From an uncultured Pseudomonadales bacterium (GTDB lineage Bacteria; Patescibacteriota; Microgenomatia; UBA1400; PJMF01), in contig CAZFRD010000001.1 in assembly GCA_964521215.1 (NCBI GenBank), positions 1 to 57,209 on the forward strand: a stretch of DNA of 57,209 nucleotides, written 5' to 3'. The notes under the pieces were generated by a model that saw only the letters and a program-made list of their open reading frames with translations, was not told the DNA's origin and searched no databases. A program made the translations under genes and the position numbers. This document shows, piece by piece, positions 1-10,054 of this stretch. Numbering within the stretch: the first letter of the stretch is position 1; each line of letters starts with the position of its first letter.

Positions 1-241
1 AAATAAATGACGCAACGAATCATCGGAAAGTCAGGTTCTTATGTGACGGTACACGTTGTCAGATACTTTTCAACTAGTTAACAAGAAATCACTTCCTTTA
101 CTTATGGGAGAGTGAAATATACGAATCTGTCATGTTGTAGCAGAAAACCAAACTTGATCATATTCTCCTATCCTCCAGATAAACTCCAAGCTGTAACGTT
201 CCCTATCTAGACTCAAGTTCTGTATTTGCGTATGATACAGC

Positions 242-2050
242 TTGATGAGTCAAGCGTATCAAATGGTGATGGTGTCTTTAGTTAGTTGTGCTGTTCTTTG
301 TAGTGCTTTGGTAGCATACGTTTACTACTTTCCCAAGAAAAAACTTAGCGCTTTGGTAGTCTTACTGATGTTTTCAATACTACCGCTGATTAGCATCTTT
401 CGCCCTGGTGTTTACCAAAGCGGTGATTTTACGCTTCACACAACCTGGAATACTGCTTTTTCACGCGCGTTAGCTGAGGGCATACTTTTTCCGCAGTGGG
501 CGGGGGATTTGGCTGGTGGCTTGGGGTACCCTGCCTTTATTTTTCAATATCAGATACCTTATTACCTGGCTTCGTTGTATCACTTACTAGGTTTCAATTA
601 CATTACTAGCACCAAACTATTTTACGCTACTGCCTATCTACTGTCTGCTCTGACAATGTATCGCTGGGCCAAGTCCGAGTTTGATACTAAATCTGCTCTG
701 ATTGCTACCATTTTATATCAATTTTCGCCGGTTTATTTTATCCAACTACATTTTTATAGTTCTTTTGGTTCAAGCCTCGCCTTTGCCATGTTGCCGTTAA
801 GTTTCTGGGGTATAAAAAAACTTTTTGAAACACTTCGTTATCGTTGGTTTGTTATAACTTCCATTGGGTTCGCTTTGACGATTCTGACACATCAAACTGT
901 AGGATTGACCAGTTTGCCAATCTTGGGTGTATACCTGCTGATTTCCGCTCGACGCTTTAATCGGTCATCAAAACAAGTTTTATTTGGTGCTATGGCACTG
1001 GTGTTTGGAGGCTTACTGGCGACTTATTACTGGTTACCGATGTTGACGCTTACTCAGTACATCAATCAAGCCACCAATCATCTGGTTGAATTTTCTAGCT
1101 TGAAAGATTTTTTCTTTTCGCCTTGGAAATTTGGCTTGTTATTCCAGGGTTCTATGGGAGAGATCAGCTGGACGGTGGGCTATGCTCAATGGTTGGTGGT
1201 TGCTATCAGTGCCTATGTGTTGATCAAACAACGAGTAAAAAAAACTGATCGACTGCTGCTGAGTTTCTTTTTTATGAGTTATTGGTTACTATTTATTCTG
1301 ATACAAAAGCCTTTCGCACCGCTTTGGCAGTTACCACTGCTCAATAATTTTCGCTTCACCTCTCGCTTATTGATTTTCAACGTATTTTTTGTTTCAGGAA
1401 TGGTTGCTACTTGTGGCAAATATGTTAAACCAAGATTAATCGAACACATATTCAAACTGTTCAGGTATAAACCCCAGGGAAAACAAAAAATATTTTTCAA
1501 GCAAGTGATAAATAATCAACTTGGCATAATGTTAATCGGTCTAGTTCTGAGTACGACTATCTTAAATTGGGGCAATCGCATTATGTTGCCCACTATTGAC
1601 GATCAGGACCTGATGAAGAATGAAGTGGTCTACTACACCGATGGCTCGCTTTTGCCCATTTGGTACACAAGGCCGCTTCAGGAGCAGTCGCGAGTAGATC
1701 GGGTCTATACCGAACCAGCCACCATTATCACTGGCGAGGGAACCATAAGTCAGCTATCCCGTTCAACCACCCGCCATGTCTATGCGGTTGAGGCCAAAAC
1801 ACCCGTGATCATCAGAGAAAGCACTCTTTATTTCCCAGGCTGGCAAGTGCGGGCAAACGATCAACTCTTAGCAGTCACGTACCAGGAACCCAACGACCCC
1901 GGACTGATTCACTACGAACTACCCGAAGGTACTTGGAACGTCGAAATTACATTCTCTAGTAGTCCAGCAAAGCAATTGGGGTATTGGATCAGCGGGGGGA
2001 CACTACTGGCGTTGGTGGGTTTGGGGATGGTGGGAAGGTTGAAAGAATAA
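242..2050 (+). CDS. Polytopic membrane protein, GT-C/YfhO-like (putative glycosyltransferase)
   Basis: 602-aa ORF starting at TTG 242, with ATG at 245 more likely. Many hydrophobic helices cover the first ~440 aa, followed by a soluble C-terminal domain with a YFPGWQV-type motif like YfhO/COG5617 membrane proteins. Function is by resemblance only. Confidence 0.6.
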   Translation: MMSQAYQMVMVSLVSCAVLCSALVAYVYYFPKKKLSALVVLLMFSILPLISIFRPGVYQSGDFTLHTTWNTAFSRALAEGILFPQWAGDLAGGLGYPAFIFQYQIPYYLASLYHLLGFNYITSTKLFYATAYLLSALTMYRWAKSEFDTKSALIATILYQFSPVYFIQLHFYSSFGSSLAFAMLPLSFWGIKKLFETLRYRWFVITSIGFALTILTHQTVGLTSLPILGVYLLISARRFNRSSKQVLFGAMALVFGGLLATYYWLPMLTLTQYINQATNHLVEFSSLKDFFFSPWKFGLLFQGSMGEISWTVGYAQWLVVAISAYVLIKQRVKKTDRLLLSFFFMSYWLLFILIQKPFAPLWQLPLLNNFRFTSRLLIFNVFFVSGMVATCGKYVKPRLIEHIFKLFRYKPQGKQKIFFKQVINNQLGIMLIGLVLSTTILNWGNRIMLPTIDDQDLMKNEVVYYTDGSLLPIWYTRPLQEQSRVDRVYTEPATIITGEGTISQLSRSTTRHVYAVEAKTPVIIRESTLYFPGWQVRANDQLLAVTYQEPNDPGLIHYELPEGTWNVEITFSSSPAKQLGYWISGGTLLALVGLGMVGRLKE

Positions 2051-2096
2051 ATACTGAGTAGCAAAACATAGAATTAACGAGTTGATTGTACAAAAG

Positions 2097-2669
2097 ATGA
2101 AAAAAACGACAATTATTTCCGGATTATTGTTAATAACTTCAACTTTGTGTATTTTTGTCTACTTGCTATTACTTTTTGATCGCAGCAAGAGAAGCCTCAA
2201 TACTCTTCCATGTGATGATTGCAAACTTTATTATAACCAAAAAGAGAAAATCGCTTTTTATTACCCAAGTAGCTGGGTAGCTGAAGATTTAAAACCTCAT
2301 GATATTCTCGAACCCTTCGTGCGATTATCTGACCAAGGCACTTCAACAATTTATTTTGGCGGTCCTAACGTTTTTTCAACTTCAGGTGCAATTTGCATTG
2401 ATCCTGGGCGGTTTTGTGGTGAGTCTGAGATATACGACTTAACCATTATGGATCGATCATACCAACTAACTCTATTCGGACTTTATCCAGTCAACCCAGA
2501 ACAACCTACAATTAAGACAGGACAAGTTGCCGACTTTTATCGATTTCAATTAGAATTCGAAATTCCAGAACGAGAGGGGTGGAATAAGTTAGTTGTAACC
2601 GGACAAATCTCCGATGCGATCGCGCTAGAGTCGGTAATTCCAATTATCAGCAGTATTCAAATCAGATAG
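2097..2669 (+). CDS. Hypothetical protein with N-terminal membrane anchor
   Basis: ORF 2082..2669. ATG at 2097 (MKKTTIISGLLLITSTLCIFVYLLLLF) gives a basic n-region plus one TM helix. No recognisable domain. Confidence 0.5.
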   Translation: MKKTTIISGLLLITSTLCIFVYLLLLFDRSKRSLNTLPCDDCKLYYNQKEKIAFYYPSSWVAEDLKPHDILEPFVRLSDQGTSTIYFGGPNVFSTSGAICIDPGRFCGESEIYDLTIMDRSYQLTLFGLYPVNPEQPTIKTGQVADFYRFQLEFEIPEREGWNKLVVTGQISDAIALESVIPIISSIQIR

Positions 2670-2698
2670 CTTGACGAGCTAGCGATAGGCTGGAATTA

Positions 2699-4858
2699 TT
2701 AAATCCTTGTTGCCGACCAGTTGACAACACCTTCAGTTCCTGCGCCACCACTCATGAAATTGAACATCGAGTTGACTGTCCCAGTTAAAATAGCGTTGTA
2801 ACCGTTTTGATAGGTGATCGACATATTAATGGAATTGCCAGTCAAGTTACCAGTCAGCGACCAGTTGTAGGGGTATGGGTAGACTGGCCCAGAGCCAGCC
2901 TGATACCCACCCGTACCCATGAGTGTACCATCGGGGTTTTGGGTGAGAATGTACATATCGTGGAGATACGACCCCCCATTGACACTGAGTAACCAAGTGC
3001 CAGTGAGCATGCCTTGCTCATCACAGTGACCGGGACCAATTTGACCCTCATTGTAGCTACCCAGCGTGCCAGCCAAAGACACAAAGAGCTTTCTAGTAGT
3101 ATCGCTGCCTTTCAGTGCCTCAATTTGAGCTGGCGTATAAGTTGTAAACAAGGTTTTTGCTTGAGCCAATGCATTAACTACCGCTTGAGTGGTTGAAGCC
3201 CCATTGAGTTTATTTAGTTCTGCGGCAATGTACTGATGTGCCAGCTGATAATAGGCATTACCTTTTTTGGGTGCGGTCCATAAAACCTGATAGTAGGTTT
3301 GACCAGAAATAAAGAAGCTAGTGTCTTCCTCTAAAGCGCCGATCAATTGCCAACTATCATCATAAGGCGCTTTACCTTCACTCGAATGGGTTTTCCAGTA
3401 GCCCTGAGTCAGGGTACAACCAGCAACAGGCGCAGTAATAGTCACCCTGGCAGTAACTTCCTTCTCAGTATTTGAGTCATTAGTGACAAGGCTTGCGGTA
3501 TTATCAACGATAAACACTCCTGGATACGCGTAGGGACCAATCGTCCTGGTGTAGTTAAAATTCTGGTCAGTGGCACAAATATTAGTACCTAGAATTCCTT
3601 GAATTGAATCGGAGACATCTACACATTCGTCCAATTCAGCTGTGGGAGTACCGCCAAACACGACCTGTTCCTCATCACTTGCTCCTGGAACAGCTCCCGT
3701 CGTAGAAACAACTGCAGAATTTACCGTTTCTTCGCCCGACAATCCCGTTCCGCTATATGTGCAAACCAAGGTGGCGCCAGCCGCTAATGTGCCAGCAAGA
3801 TCACTAAACTCTTCTGGGCAGGTAACTTCGCCTAAAATATCGGCAACATTTGAAATTTCTGCGGGCACAGTATTGGGATTTTGAATAGTAATTGTTCCAC
3901 TCACCGCCCAATCACTATCTGTGGGATCTGCTGTAACTGCCACGGTGTAATTCGCATTCGCTTGTTGGCCAGCGGCTAGGGTCATTGTCTCTGGTGAGAC
4001 TGTTTTTTCTATAGTCCAGTTCCAAGTTCTAGAAAAGGATGTTTCTACCGTTTTTGTCACGACTAACGGTGAAACAGGCTCATAGGCAATATTCATACTG
4101 AAAATCAATCCTCCAGGATTACGTTGAGTGTAGGGATTGCTCACGTAGGCGGGGACTGGGCTATTATTAGCTTCAAAATTTGGATTGGAAGGGTGGTAAT
4201 ATTCATTACCAGCCAAAATTTTGAGTGTGTTTTTCCCCGTTAGTAAGACTGAGGCAGGAATAGTGATATTACCAACGGTTTGCCAACCGGATGAACCTAG
4301 CGAACTCTCGTACAAGGCGCTTAGTTCCCAGCCGGCAGTTTTGGCGGTGGCCGAACGAGCCACATAATTTCCGTTGACCCAGACCTCCCAGCCATTATCG
4401 GCCGTTATTCTAAGGTTGCTATTTTGAGGTATGCCGACTATGTCAAACTCCTTCTGAAAAACCACCACTCTGCCATTGGATGAGGCATCAGCATCATAAC
4501 GAGGGTCACTAGGATCAAGACTTGCTGGTCCCTCAGCGCGTTCGGTTTCCCAAATCCAGTCTGATCCAGGAGCGTTGGTCTGAAAACTCCATTCAACGCC
4601 TGTATCCCATACCGAATTGGTTACTTCTGGTCCTTCCGAAACATAGCCATTGGGATATGGTTTCGGTTCTTGAGCTCTAACCGCTTTAATTGGACTTACC
4701 GATAAATCAACAAAATTAGAAGAGCCTCCAGCTTTATTGTAAACACCAACGATATCTACTGTGTTATCACTAACAACGGAGAAACTGGCTGCGTGTACTG
4801 TTGATGCCGCTACAAACAAAGATATCAATCCGATACAAAACGAAAGCATTCTTTTCAT
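2699..4858 (-). CDS. Large secreted protein (signal peptide, PA14/galactose-binding-like and Ig-like regions), function unknown
   Basis: ORF 2699..4897. The internal ATG at 4858 is preceded by an AAGAGGAA RBS and gives the signal peptide MKRMLSFCIGLISLFVAASTVHA. Long and continuous, with beta-rich composition typical of surface proteins. Confidence 0.7.
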   Translation of the reverse strand: MKRMLSFCIGLISLFVAASTVHAASFSVVSDNTVDIVGVYNKAGGSSNFVDLSVSPIKAVRAQEPKPYPNGYVSEGPEVTNSVWDTGVEWSFQTNAPGSDWIWETERAEGPASLDPSDPRYDADASSNGRVVVFQKEFDIVGIPQNSNLRITADNGWEVWVNGNYVARSATAKTAGWELSALYESSLGSSGWQTVGNITIPASVLLTGKNTLKILAGNEYYHPSNPNFEANNSPVPAYVSNPYTQRNPGGLIFSMNIAYEPVSPLVVTKTVETSFSRTWNWTIEKTVSPETMTLAAGQQANANYTVAVTADPTDSDWAVSGTITIQNPNTVPAEISNVADILGEVTCPEEFSDLAGTLAAGATLVCTYSGTGLSGEETVNSAVVSTTGAVPGASDEEQVVFGGTPTAELDECVDVSDSIQGILGTNICATDQNFNYTRTIGPYAYPGVFIVDNTASLVTNDSNTEKEVTARVTITAPVAGCTLTQGYWKTHSSEGKAPYDDSWQLIGALEEDTSFFISGQTYYQVLWTAPKKGNAYYQLAHQYIAAELNKLNGASTTQAVVNALAQAKTLFTTYTPAQIEALKGSDTTRKLFVSLAGTLGSYNEGQIGPGHCDEQGMLTGTWLLSVNGGSYLHDMYILTQNPDGTLMGTGGYQAGSGPVYPYPYNWSLTGNLTGNSINMSITYQNGYNAILTGTVNSMFNFMSGGAGTEGVVNWSATRI

Positions 4859-4969
4859 ATGATAGTTCCTCTTTAGAGTAAATACTTTGATAACCAATAG
4901 TACCTATAGTACACAAGAAACAGCCAGTGTAAATAATCTCTAATATATCAATAGTACTAATTCTGGATG

Positions 4970-6540
4970 CTAGTTAACCCAAAGCTCGCTAAAGCCGGTG
5001 TGTTGAGCGTCGTGCATGAACTGTCCCCATTCAATATTAGAACTATGAATAACATTGGGGTCATTTTTGTTAAGATCGTATACCCAAACCGCATCAAATG
5101 AACCAGTGATGCCATCCCAATAGTCGCCAGTGATAATAATTTCATTATGTCGGTCATTATCTATGTCAGCGATGGCTGGGACTGCTCCAAAACCAATGGG
5201 GTAGACGCCAGTCTGGTCCCATGCCTTTGCTGGTGTGCCATCATGATTAATCACATAGACATACCCAGTTGTGCCTACACCAGCCTGAGTTGTGGTAAAT
5301 ACTACCTCTGGTAGTGAATCCCCATCCACATCTCCGATCACGGGAGCTGAGTTGCCAACCAACTCCAATCGATCTCCAGTTTCAAACGGCCAACCAGCTA
5401 GTTGAGTACCAGTTCTGTCATAGGCTACCACCACCACTTTTTGTGAATTGATTGACTCTAATTGAGCAATAATATCCAGCTTACCATCTCTGTTTAAATC
5501 TGCTAAGGATACAGCGACTGATCGATTCGAGCCAGCTTCTGGCAGAGAAATGGTTTTTTCTACTTGACCATCAGGAGTAATTATTCTGATACTGGGAGTG
5601 AAGGGATAGTCGGGCAAACGATCAATTACCACTATTCTTACTTCTCCATTGGTTCCCACATTACCTATAGCTGGGTATTGGTCAGAATAACCAGCTGGTA
5701 GGGTGATTGGCCAATTTGGCAATGCACTACCACTAGCAGTAAAGGCGGAGATACTCATTCCTGCAGTCGAGCTACCTGAGACAGTGACAACTTCAGGTGA
5801 GCCGTCTTCATTTAAATCAGCGATAGCGGCTGTGTGAGTGTCTTGAGTGAGTTGAGTTGGCCTTGGCCAACCAGCAACTATATGACCAAACTGATTGTAT
5901 AACTATGTAACTTCCAGTCGTTTTCGTCAGTGAACATTTGATATTGATCATTAACTCCAATCAATGAAGGGGGATTTTCGTTATAATTTCCAGACCTTCT
6001 TACCCAAAGTGGTATGCCTTTGCCACTGAATGCTGCAGAGTATCCTTGAAAACTACCCACTAGCAATAAACCTTTTGTAGCAGCTGAGTATGCGGAGCCA
6101 CTGGCTGTATTTTGCACCGGAAATCCCACAAGCTCTTGGCCCAAGTGGTTAAATGCGTGCAGAGGACCTTTGGCCAGCTCCCCTCTAATAATATCTTTGT
6201 ATCCGTCGCCGTCAAGATCTTCAATTAGGGTATTTATAGCCGGCCCACCATGATAGGTACCTGTTCGAGCATTCATTTGAACAGGAAAACCTGCTTCCAA
6301 AAGATGTTGATTGGGGTCAGTGAAAGTTGGTTGACTTTTTGTACTATTTAATGTCTGAAACTGCCTAGGAAAAAAAGTAGTGATGTTATGTGAATCAGTT
6401 GTGAAAAGTTGGTATTTAGAACTAACCGCACCCCAAACTGCAGAACTTTGAGTAGTCATAACTAGCATAAAACAGAACGTTATTACGACCAATATGCTTG
6501 AAACCGACAAAAGTTTCCGACTAAACATATTTTCCTCCAA
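4970..6540 (-). pseudogene. FG-GAP/VCBS-repeat secreted protein, interrupted by a -1 frameshift near 5881-5902
   Basis: ORF 5878..6540 has a signal peptide and a DLDGDGYKDII repeat. ORF 4970..5758 has DxDxDG repeats (DLNRDGKLDII, DVDGDSLPEVV, DIDNDRHNEII). Repeat homology (IADLNEDGSPEVV, VAGWPRP) continues upstream of Met 5758 in that frame as far as the stop at 5903-5905. The other frame stops at 5878-5880, so the two frames overlap by only ~25 nt. Confidence 0.55.
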
Positions 6541-6740
6541 TTAGTATAGTTTCAGTACTATGTGTAGTTATTACATATTAATAATTAGCTGTCAATAATG
6601 ACTCAGACTGGTAATAACTGTTACTAATAGGGATGATTAGCTTGGGAGTTTCAATATTGGTTTACGTCACAATAGTTTATCATAACAGTAAATTCATATG
6701 TCAGGCCAAACACTGTTGCCCTAGTGTTAGAATAATCACT

Positions 6741-7715
6741 ATGAAGGACACACGGCCACAATCGCAAATAATTATTTATCAGTCGAAAAGCGGATCTCTC
6801 GATTTCAGGGGAGATTATAAAAAAGAAACGATTTGGGCAACGCAAGCTCAGATTTCCGAACTTTTTAAAGCTGAACGATCAGTTGTAACTAAACACATTC
6901 GAAATATTTTACAAGAAAAAGAATTAGAACAAGATTTAGTATGTGCAAAATTTGCACATACTGCAACAGATGGTAAAACATATCAGACCAAATATTATAA
7001 TTTGGATGTAATTCTAGCCGTTGGATACAGAACCAGCACCAATCGTGCAATCCAGTTTCGCCAATGGGCTACAAAAACTCTTCGTAATCATATTATCAGA
7101 GGGTACACCTTAAACAAAAAACGCATTGGCAACAACTACTCTGAGTTTCTCAAAGCAGTGGAATCTATTAAAAAATTGTTACCAGCGAATTCAGAAATCA
7201 GTGCACGCGAGACTCTTGAACTTGTTAAGCTTTTTGCCGGAACCTGGTTATCATTGGACGCTTACGACAAAGGCAAACTGCCCAGATCAGGTGCCAATAT
7301 CAAGCAAGTTACCATCACTGCACAAGAACTACAGCATGCACTGGCTGAGCTAAAAGCTGATTTGCTGAAAAGAAACGGGGCAAGCGAATTGTTTGGGCAA
7401 GAAAAACAAACCGGCGGTCTCGCTGGAATTATTGGTACTGTTTTTCAATCTGCGTTTGGTACAGATGCTTACACAACGGTTGAGGCAAAAGCCGCACACC
7501 TGTTGTATTTCATTATCAAAAATCATCCCTTCACAGATGGCAATAAACGAAGTGGGGCATTTGCTTTTGTTTGGTTCTTAAACAAAGTGCACTTGCTTAA
7601 CCCAGCCAAAATTTCACCTGAAGCATTGACGGCACTAACTCTACTTGTGGCAGAAAGCAAACCGCAGGCTAAAGAGCAGATTATTGGATTATTGATGCTA
7701 TTGCTGAAGAAATAA
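6741..7715 (+). CDS. RhuM-family N-terminal domain fused to Doc (death-on-curing, Fic/DOC) domain
   Basis: The N-terminal region (IWATQAQISELF...YYNLDVILAVGYRTSTNRAIQFRQWATKTLR) matches the RhuM virulence-protein family. The C-terminus carries the Doc-type motif HPFTDGNKR at 7524-7550. ATG 6741 is preferred over the ORF-track start at 6633 because the first 36 aa look non-coding. Confidence 0.75.
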   Translation: MKDTRPQSQIIIYQSKSGSLDFRGDYKKETIWATQAQISELFKAERSVVTKHIRNILQEKELEQDLVCAKFAHTATDGKTYQTKYYNLDVILAVGYRTSTNRAIQFRQWATKTLRNHIIRGYTLNKKRIGNNYSEFLKAVESIKKLLPANSEISARETLELVKLFAGTWLSLDAYDKGKLPRSGANIKQVTITAQELQHALAELKADLLKRNGASELFGQEKQTGGLAGIIGTVFQSAFGTDAYTTVEAKAAHLLYFIIKNHPFTDGNKRSGAFAFVWFLNKVHLLNPAKISPEALTALTLLVAESKPQAKEQIIGLLMLLLKK

Positions 7716-7716
7716 C

Positions 7717-8142
7717 ATGCCAAAACGAACTGCAAGCGACGAACCAAGAGATTTAACCAGCCTGACTCAAAAGCAGAGTGATAGGTTGTGGGGTGTTACC
7801 AGTCCGTACTCAGAGGCTCGCTTGATCTTTGAAAGTCGGATTATGGACACGGCAGTTTCTCGGGTGTTTATTGAGGTGCAGGTTTCAATTAATCCACTGA
7901 CATTTGAGACTATCTTGGAACATCGGGATGAGTTTGCCGACGATGTGATAATCCAACAACTACTTGATCACTCAGAATATCTAGGAGAAGCAGAAGGCTA
8001 TGTTTCATTGGCCTTCTGCCAGCACTATGTTGACAGCACTGTGCTTATTAAAGCTCAAGAACACCTAGAATTTGCCAAAGAAACCATTTTTAAAATGCAC
8101 AACTGGATGTACCAGTATTTGAGCAAGCAATGGATGAATTGA
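7717..8142 (+). CDS. Hypothetical acidic protein, tightly coupled to the RhuM-Doc gene
   Basis: 141-aa ORF whose ATG lies one nucleotide after the upstream TAA (7713-7715). No recognisable domain. Confidence 0.5.
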   Translation: MPKRTASDEPRDLTSLTQKQSDRLWGVTSPYSEARLIFESRIMDTAVSRVFIEVQVSINPLTFETILEHRDEFADDVIIQQLLDHSEYLGEAEGYVSLAFCQHYVDSTVLIKAQEHLEFAKETIFKMHNWMYQYLSKQWMN

Positions 8143-8182
8143 GTTTTGGTTGAGGTGAAGATTTAAAGCAATACGTCTCTTT

Positions 8183-10054
8183 TTACAATTCAGTTGCTAA
8201 AAGCTTTCTTTTGAAATAGTCACTCGTTTCTTCATCTGTTGAATAAATATAACAACCCTTCATTCCCCTTGTCATTAGGGTCTTGTAGGTGTTTTTGATA
8301 ATCAAATCTGCTTTTTTCTCTGTTCCCTCAACACCTGCTTTCAGGTCTCGTTTATAACCATTTAATGATTTGTCCGACTTCGCTCTTTGGTTTGGTTGCG
8401 TGATTACCTTACCGTTTCGCACAATTAAGTCTGGACCAATAATTACCCCCACGTACTCAAGTTCCAATCCTTGGCAAGTATGAATGCAACCCACTTGGTT
8501 CACCGAATTGGGAGCAATCAAAAAAGTTGGTCCATCATCTTCCAAATTCCACTGCATGGCAAATGAATAATCTGGAAACTCGATGTCAAAAAGATGTTTA
8601 TTTTTCTTACTTACCCAGTTCCAACAGTATCCCGCTACGATCCTAGCCTTATTGTGAATATTTTGTGCAACAATTGCCGATCGTAGCTCAGTTGGGGAGT
8701 CAAAGACACGAAAGTCATATGAGAGGCCTCTAATTGAGAAATTAGCAGTAGGGTGAATTTCTAATACATTGCCAAGCCAAGCTAAATATCCGTCTGATCC
8801 GTTACATCTGAATTGAGACTCTAATTTTGCATGGGTCACTTCAGCTCCCAGCTGATTTGCCCAAACTCTAATGGCTTTACTATCACCGATATCTTTCCAG
8901 GTGACTCTCTGATCGTTATCGATGAAAAATATTGAAGTTTTTGCTGCGATAATTAGCTCCTTAATTTGGTTTTCACCCAAATGGCTAAAAATACCACCTT
9001 TTTCGTTCAACCTGTGAGCTTCATCAACAATCAACAAGTCGATTTCATTAATCGAAGTATTAATATACGAACCAGATGATTGAAACAAGATGGAAATAGT
9101 GCTTTTTTTCATTGTTCCAGAAAGTTTTGCTTCAAAAACTGCTCTAGGCGCAGCATTCTTTGTCACATAGTGAGCATTGAGTTGGTTGCTAATTGCTGAG
9201 ACAAGTAGCTGAATAGCAATTACCGACTTACCTGTTCCCGGTCCACCTTCAACAATGAATACCCGTTTTTGGACATCGGCACTGTCTTTTGCCAGTTGAA
9301 GAGCGGTTTCAAACACCAGTTTCTGATCATCGATTAAGATAAATTCTTGATTACCCAACATCATGGAAGCAAGTTTATCAGCCAATTCTTTACTTGGTCT
9401 TACATTGCCACTATCTATTCTATAGAGTAGGTCGGGTTTTCCACCATATTTGACAAACTTATGGATGAACTCTTGCAGTTTTTCTTTGTCTCCTCTGCAA
9501 AAAAGTGGCGCTTTTTCAATGTAAAAATCATAAAAGTTATTTGTAACCGTATCATTGTCAGCATGATTGTGAAGGTAGGCGCAGGGAATAAGATCAATAT
9601 TTTCTGAGTAAATAACCTCGTTAAAATTATTCAGCAGAGTTGAGTAAGACCAAGCTTGATAGGATGGATGGGGTCTATCGGTCTGACCATGATGGAATCT
9701 GGTAGAAATCACACCGTCTTTTGCAGTCATGGTAATATCGGTCCACTGTTTAAGTTCAATAATAATTACTTTTTCTGTTTTATTTTCATCAAGACCACTG
9801 ATAATGAAATCAACTCTATATTTGGTTCTCGGAATGGAATATTCAACCGCTACCATAGCATCATCGGGAATCGTGTCGCTATTCATTACATGGAACATAT
9901 AATTGCCAAGCGAGTTTTTCCACGAGTTGTATTCACTGCCGTTGAGTTCTACAGTAATTCCGAGTTTTTCACTCACTTGCGATCGGATAATATCTTCTAT
10001 GCCATTGGCCGCATCTAACAAGAATTGTTGTTTAGTAGAATGGTAAACAATCAT
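8183..10054 (-). CDS. DUF2075-type ATPase/helicase with N-terminal PD-(D/E)xK-like nuclease motif
   Basis: 623 aa. Putative nuclease motif RVDFIISG...IIIELKQW at ~9745-9820. Walker A GGPGTGKS at 9224-9247 and Walker B LLIVDEAHR. C-terminal CIHTCQGLELEYVGVIIGPDL and TLMTRGMKGCYIY, as in DUF2075 and SF1 helicase-like proteins. Confidence 0.8.
   Translation of the reverse strand: MIVYHSTKQQFLLDAANGIEDIIRSQVSEKLGITVELNGSEYNSWKNSLGNYMFHVMNSDTIPDDAMVAVEYSIPRTKYRVDFIISGLDENKTEKVIIIELKQWTDITMTAKDGVISTRFHHGQTDRPHPSYQAWSYSTLLNNFNEVIYSENIDLIPCAYLHNHADNDTVTNNFYDFYIEKAPLFCRGDKEKLQEFIHKFVKYGGKPDLLYRIDSGNVRPSKELADKLASMMLGNQEFILIDDQKLVFETALQLAKDSADVQKRVFIVEGGPGTGKSVIAIQLLVSAISNQLNAHYVTKNAAPRAVFEAKLSGTMKKSTISILFQSSGSYINTSINEIDLLIVDEAHRLNEKGGIFSHLGENQIKELIIAAKTSIFFIDNDQRVTWKDIGDSKAIRVWANQLGAEVTHAKLESQFRCNGSDGYLAWLGNVLEIHPTANFSIRGLSYDFRVFDSPTELRSAIVAQNIHNKARIVAGYCWNWVSKKNKHLFDIEFPDYSFAMQWNLEDDGPTFLIAPNSVNQVGCIHTCQGLELEYVGVIIGPDLIVRNGKVITQPNQRAKSDKSLNGYKRDLKAGVEGTEKKADLIIKNTYKTLMTRGMKGCYIYSTDEETSDYFKRKLLATEL

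Noticed and set aside
6633-6740. N-terminal 36-aa extension of the RhuM-Doc ORF given in the ORF track
   Set aside because: The extension is hydrophobic and Cys-rich, unlike RhuM N-termini. ATG 6741 is directly preceded by a TAGAAT -10-like box, so the extension is probably promoter DNA.
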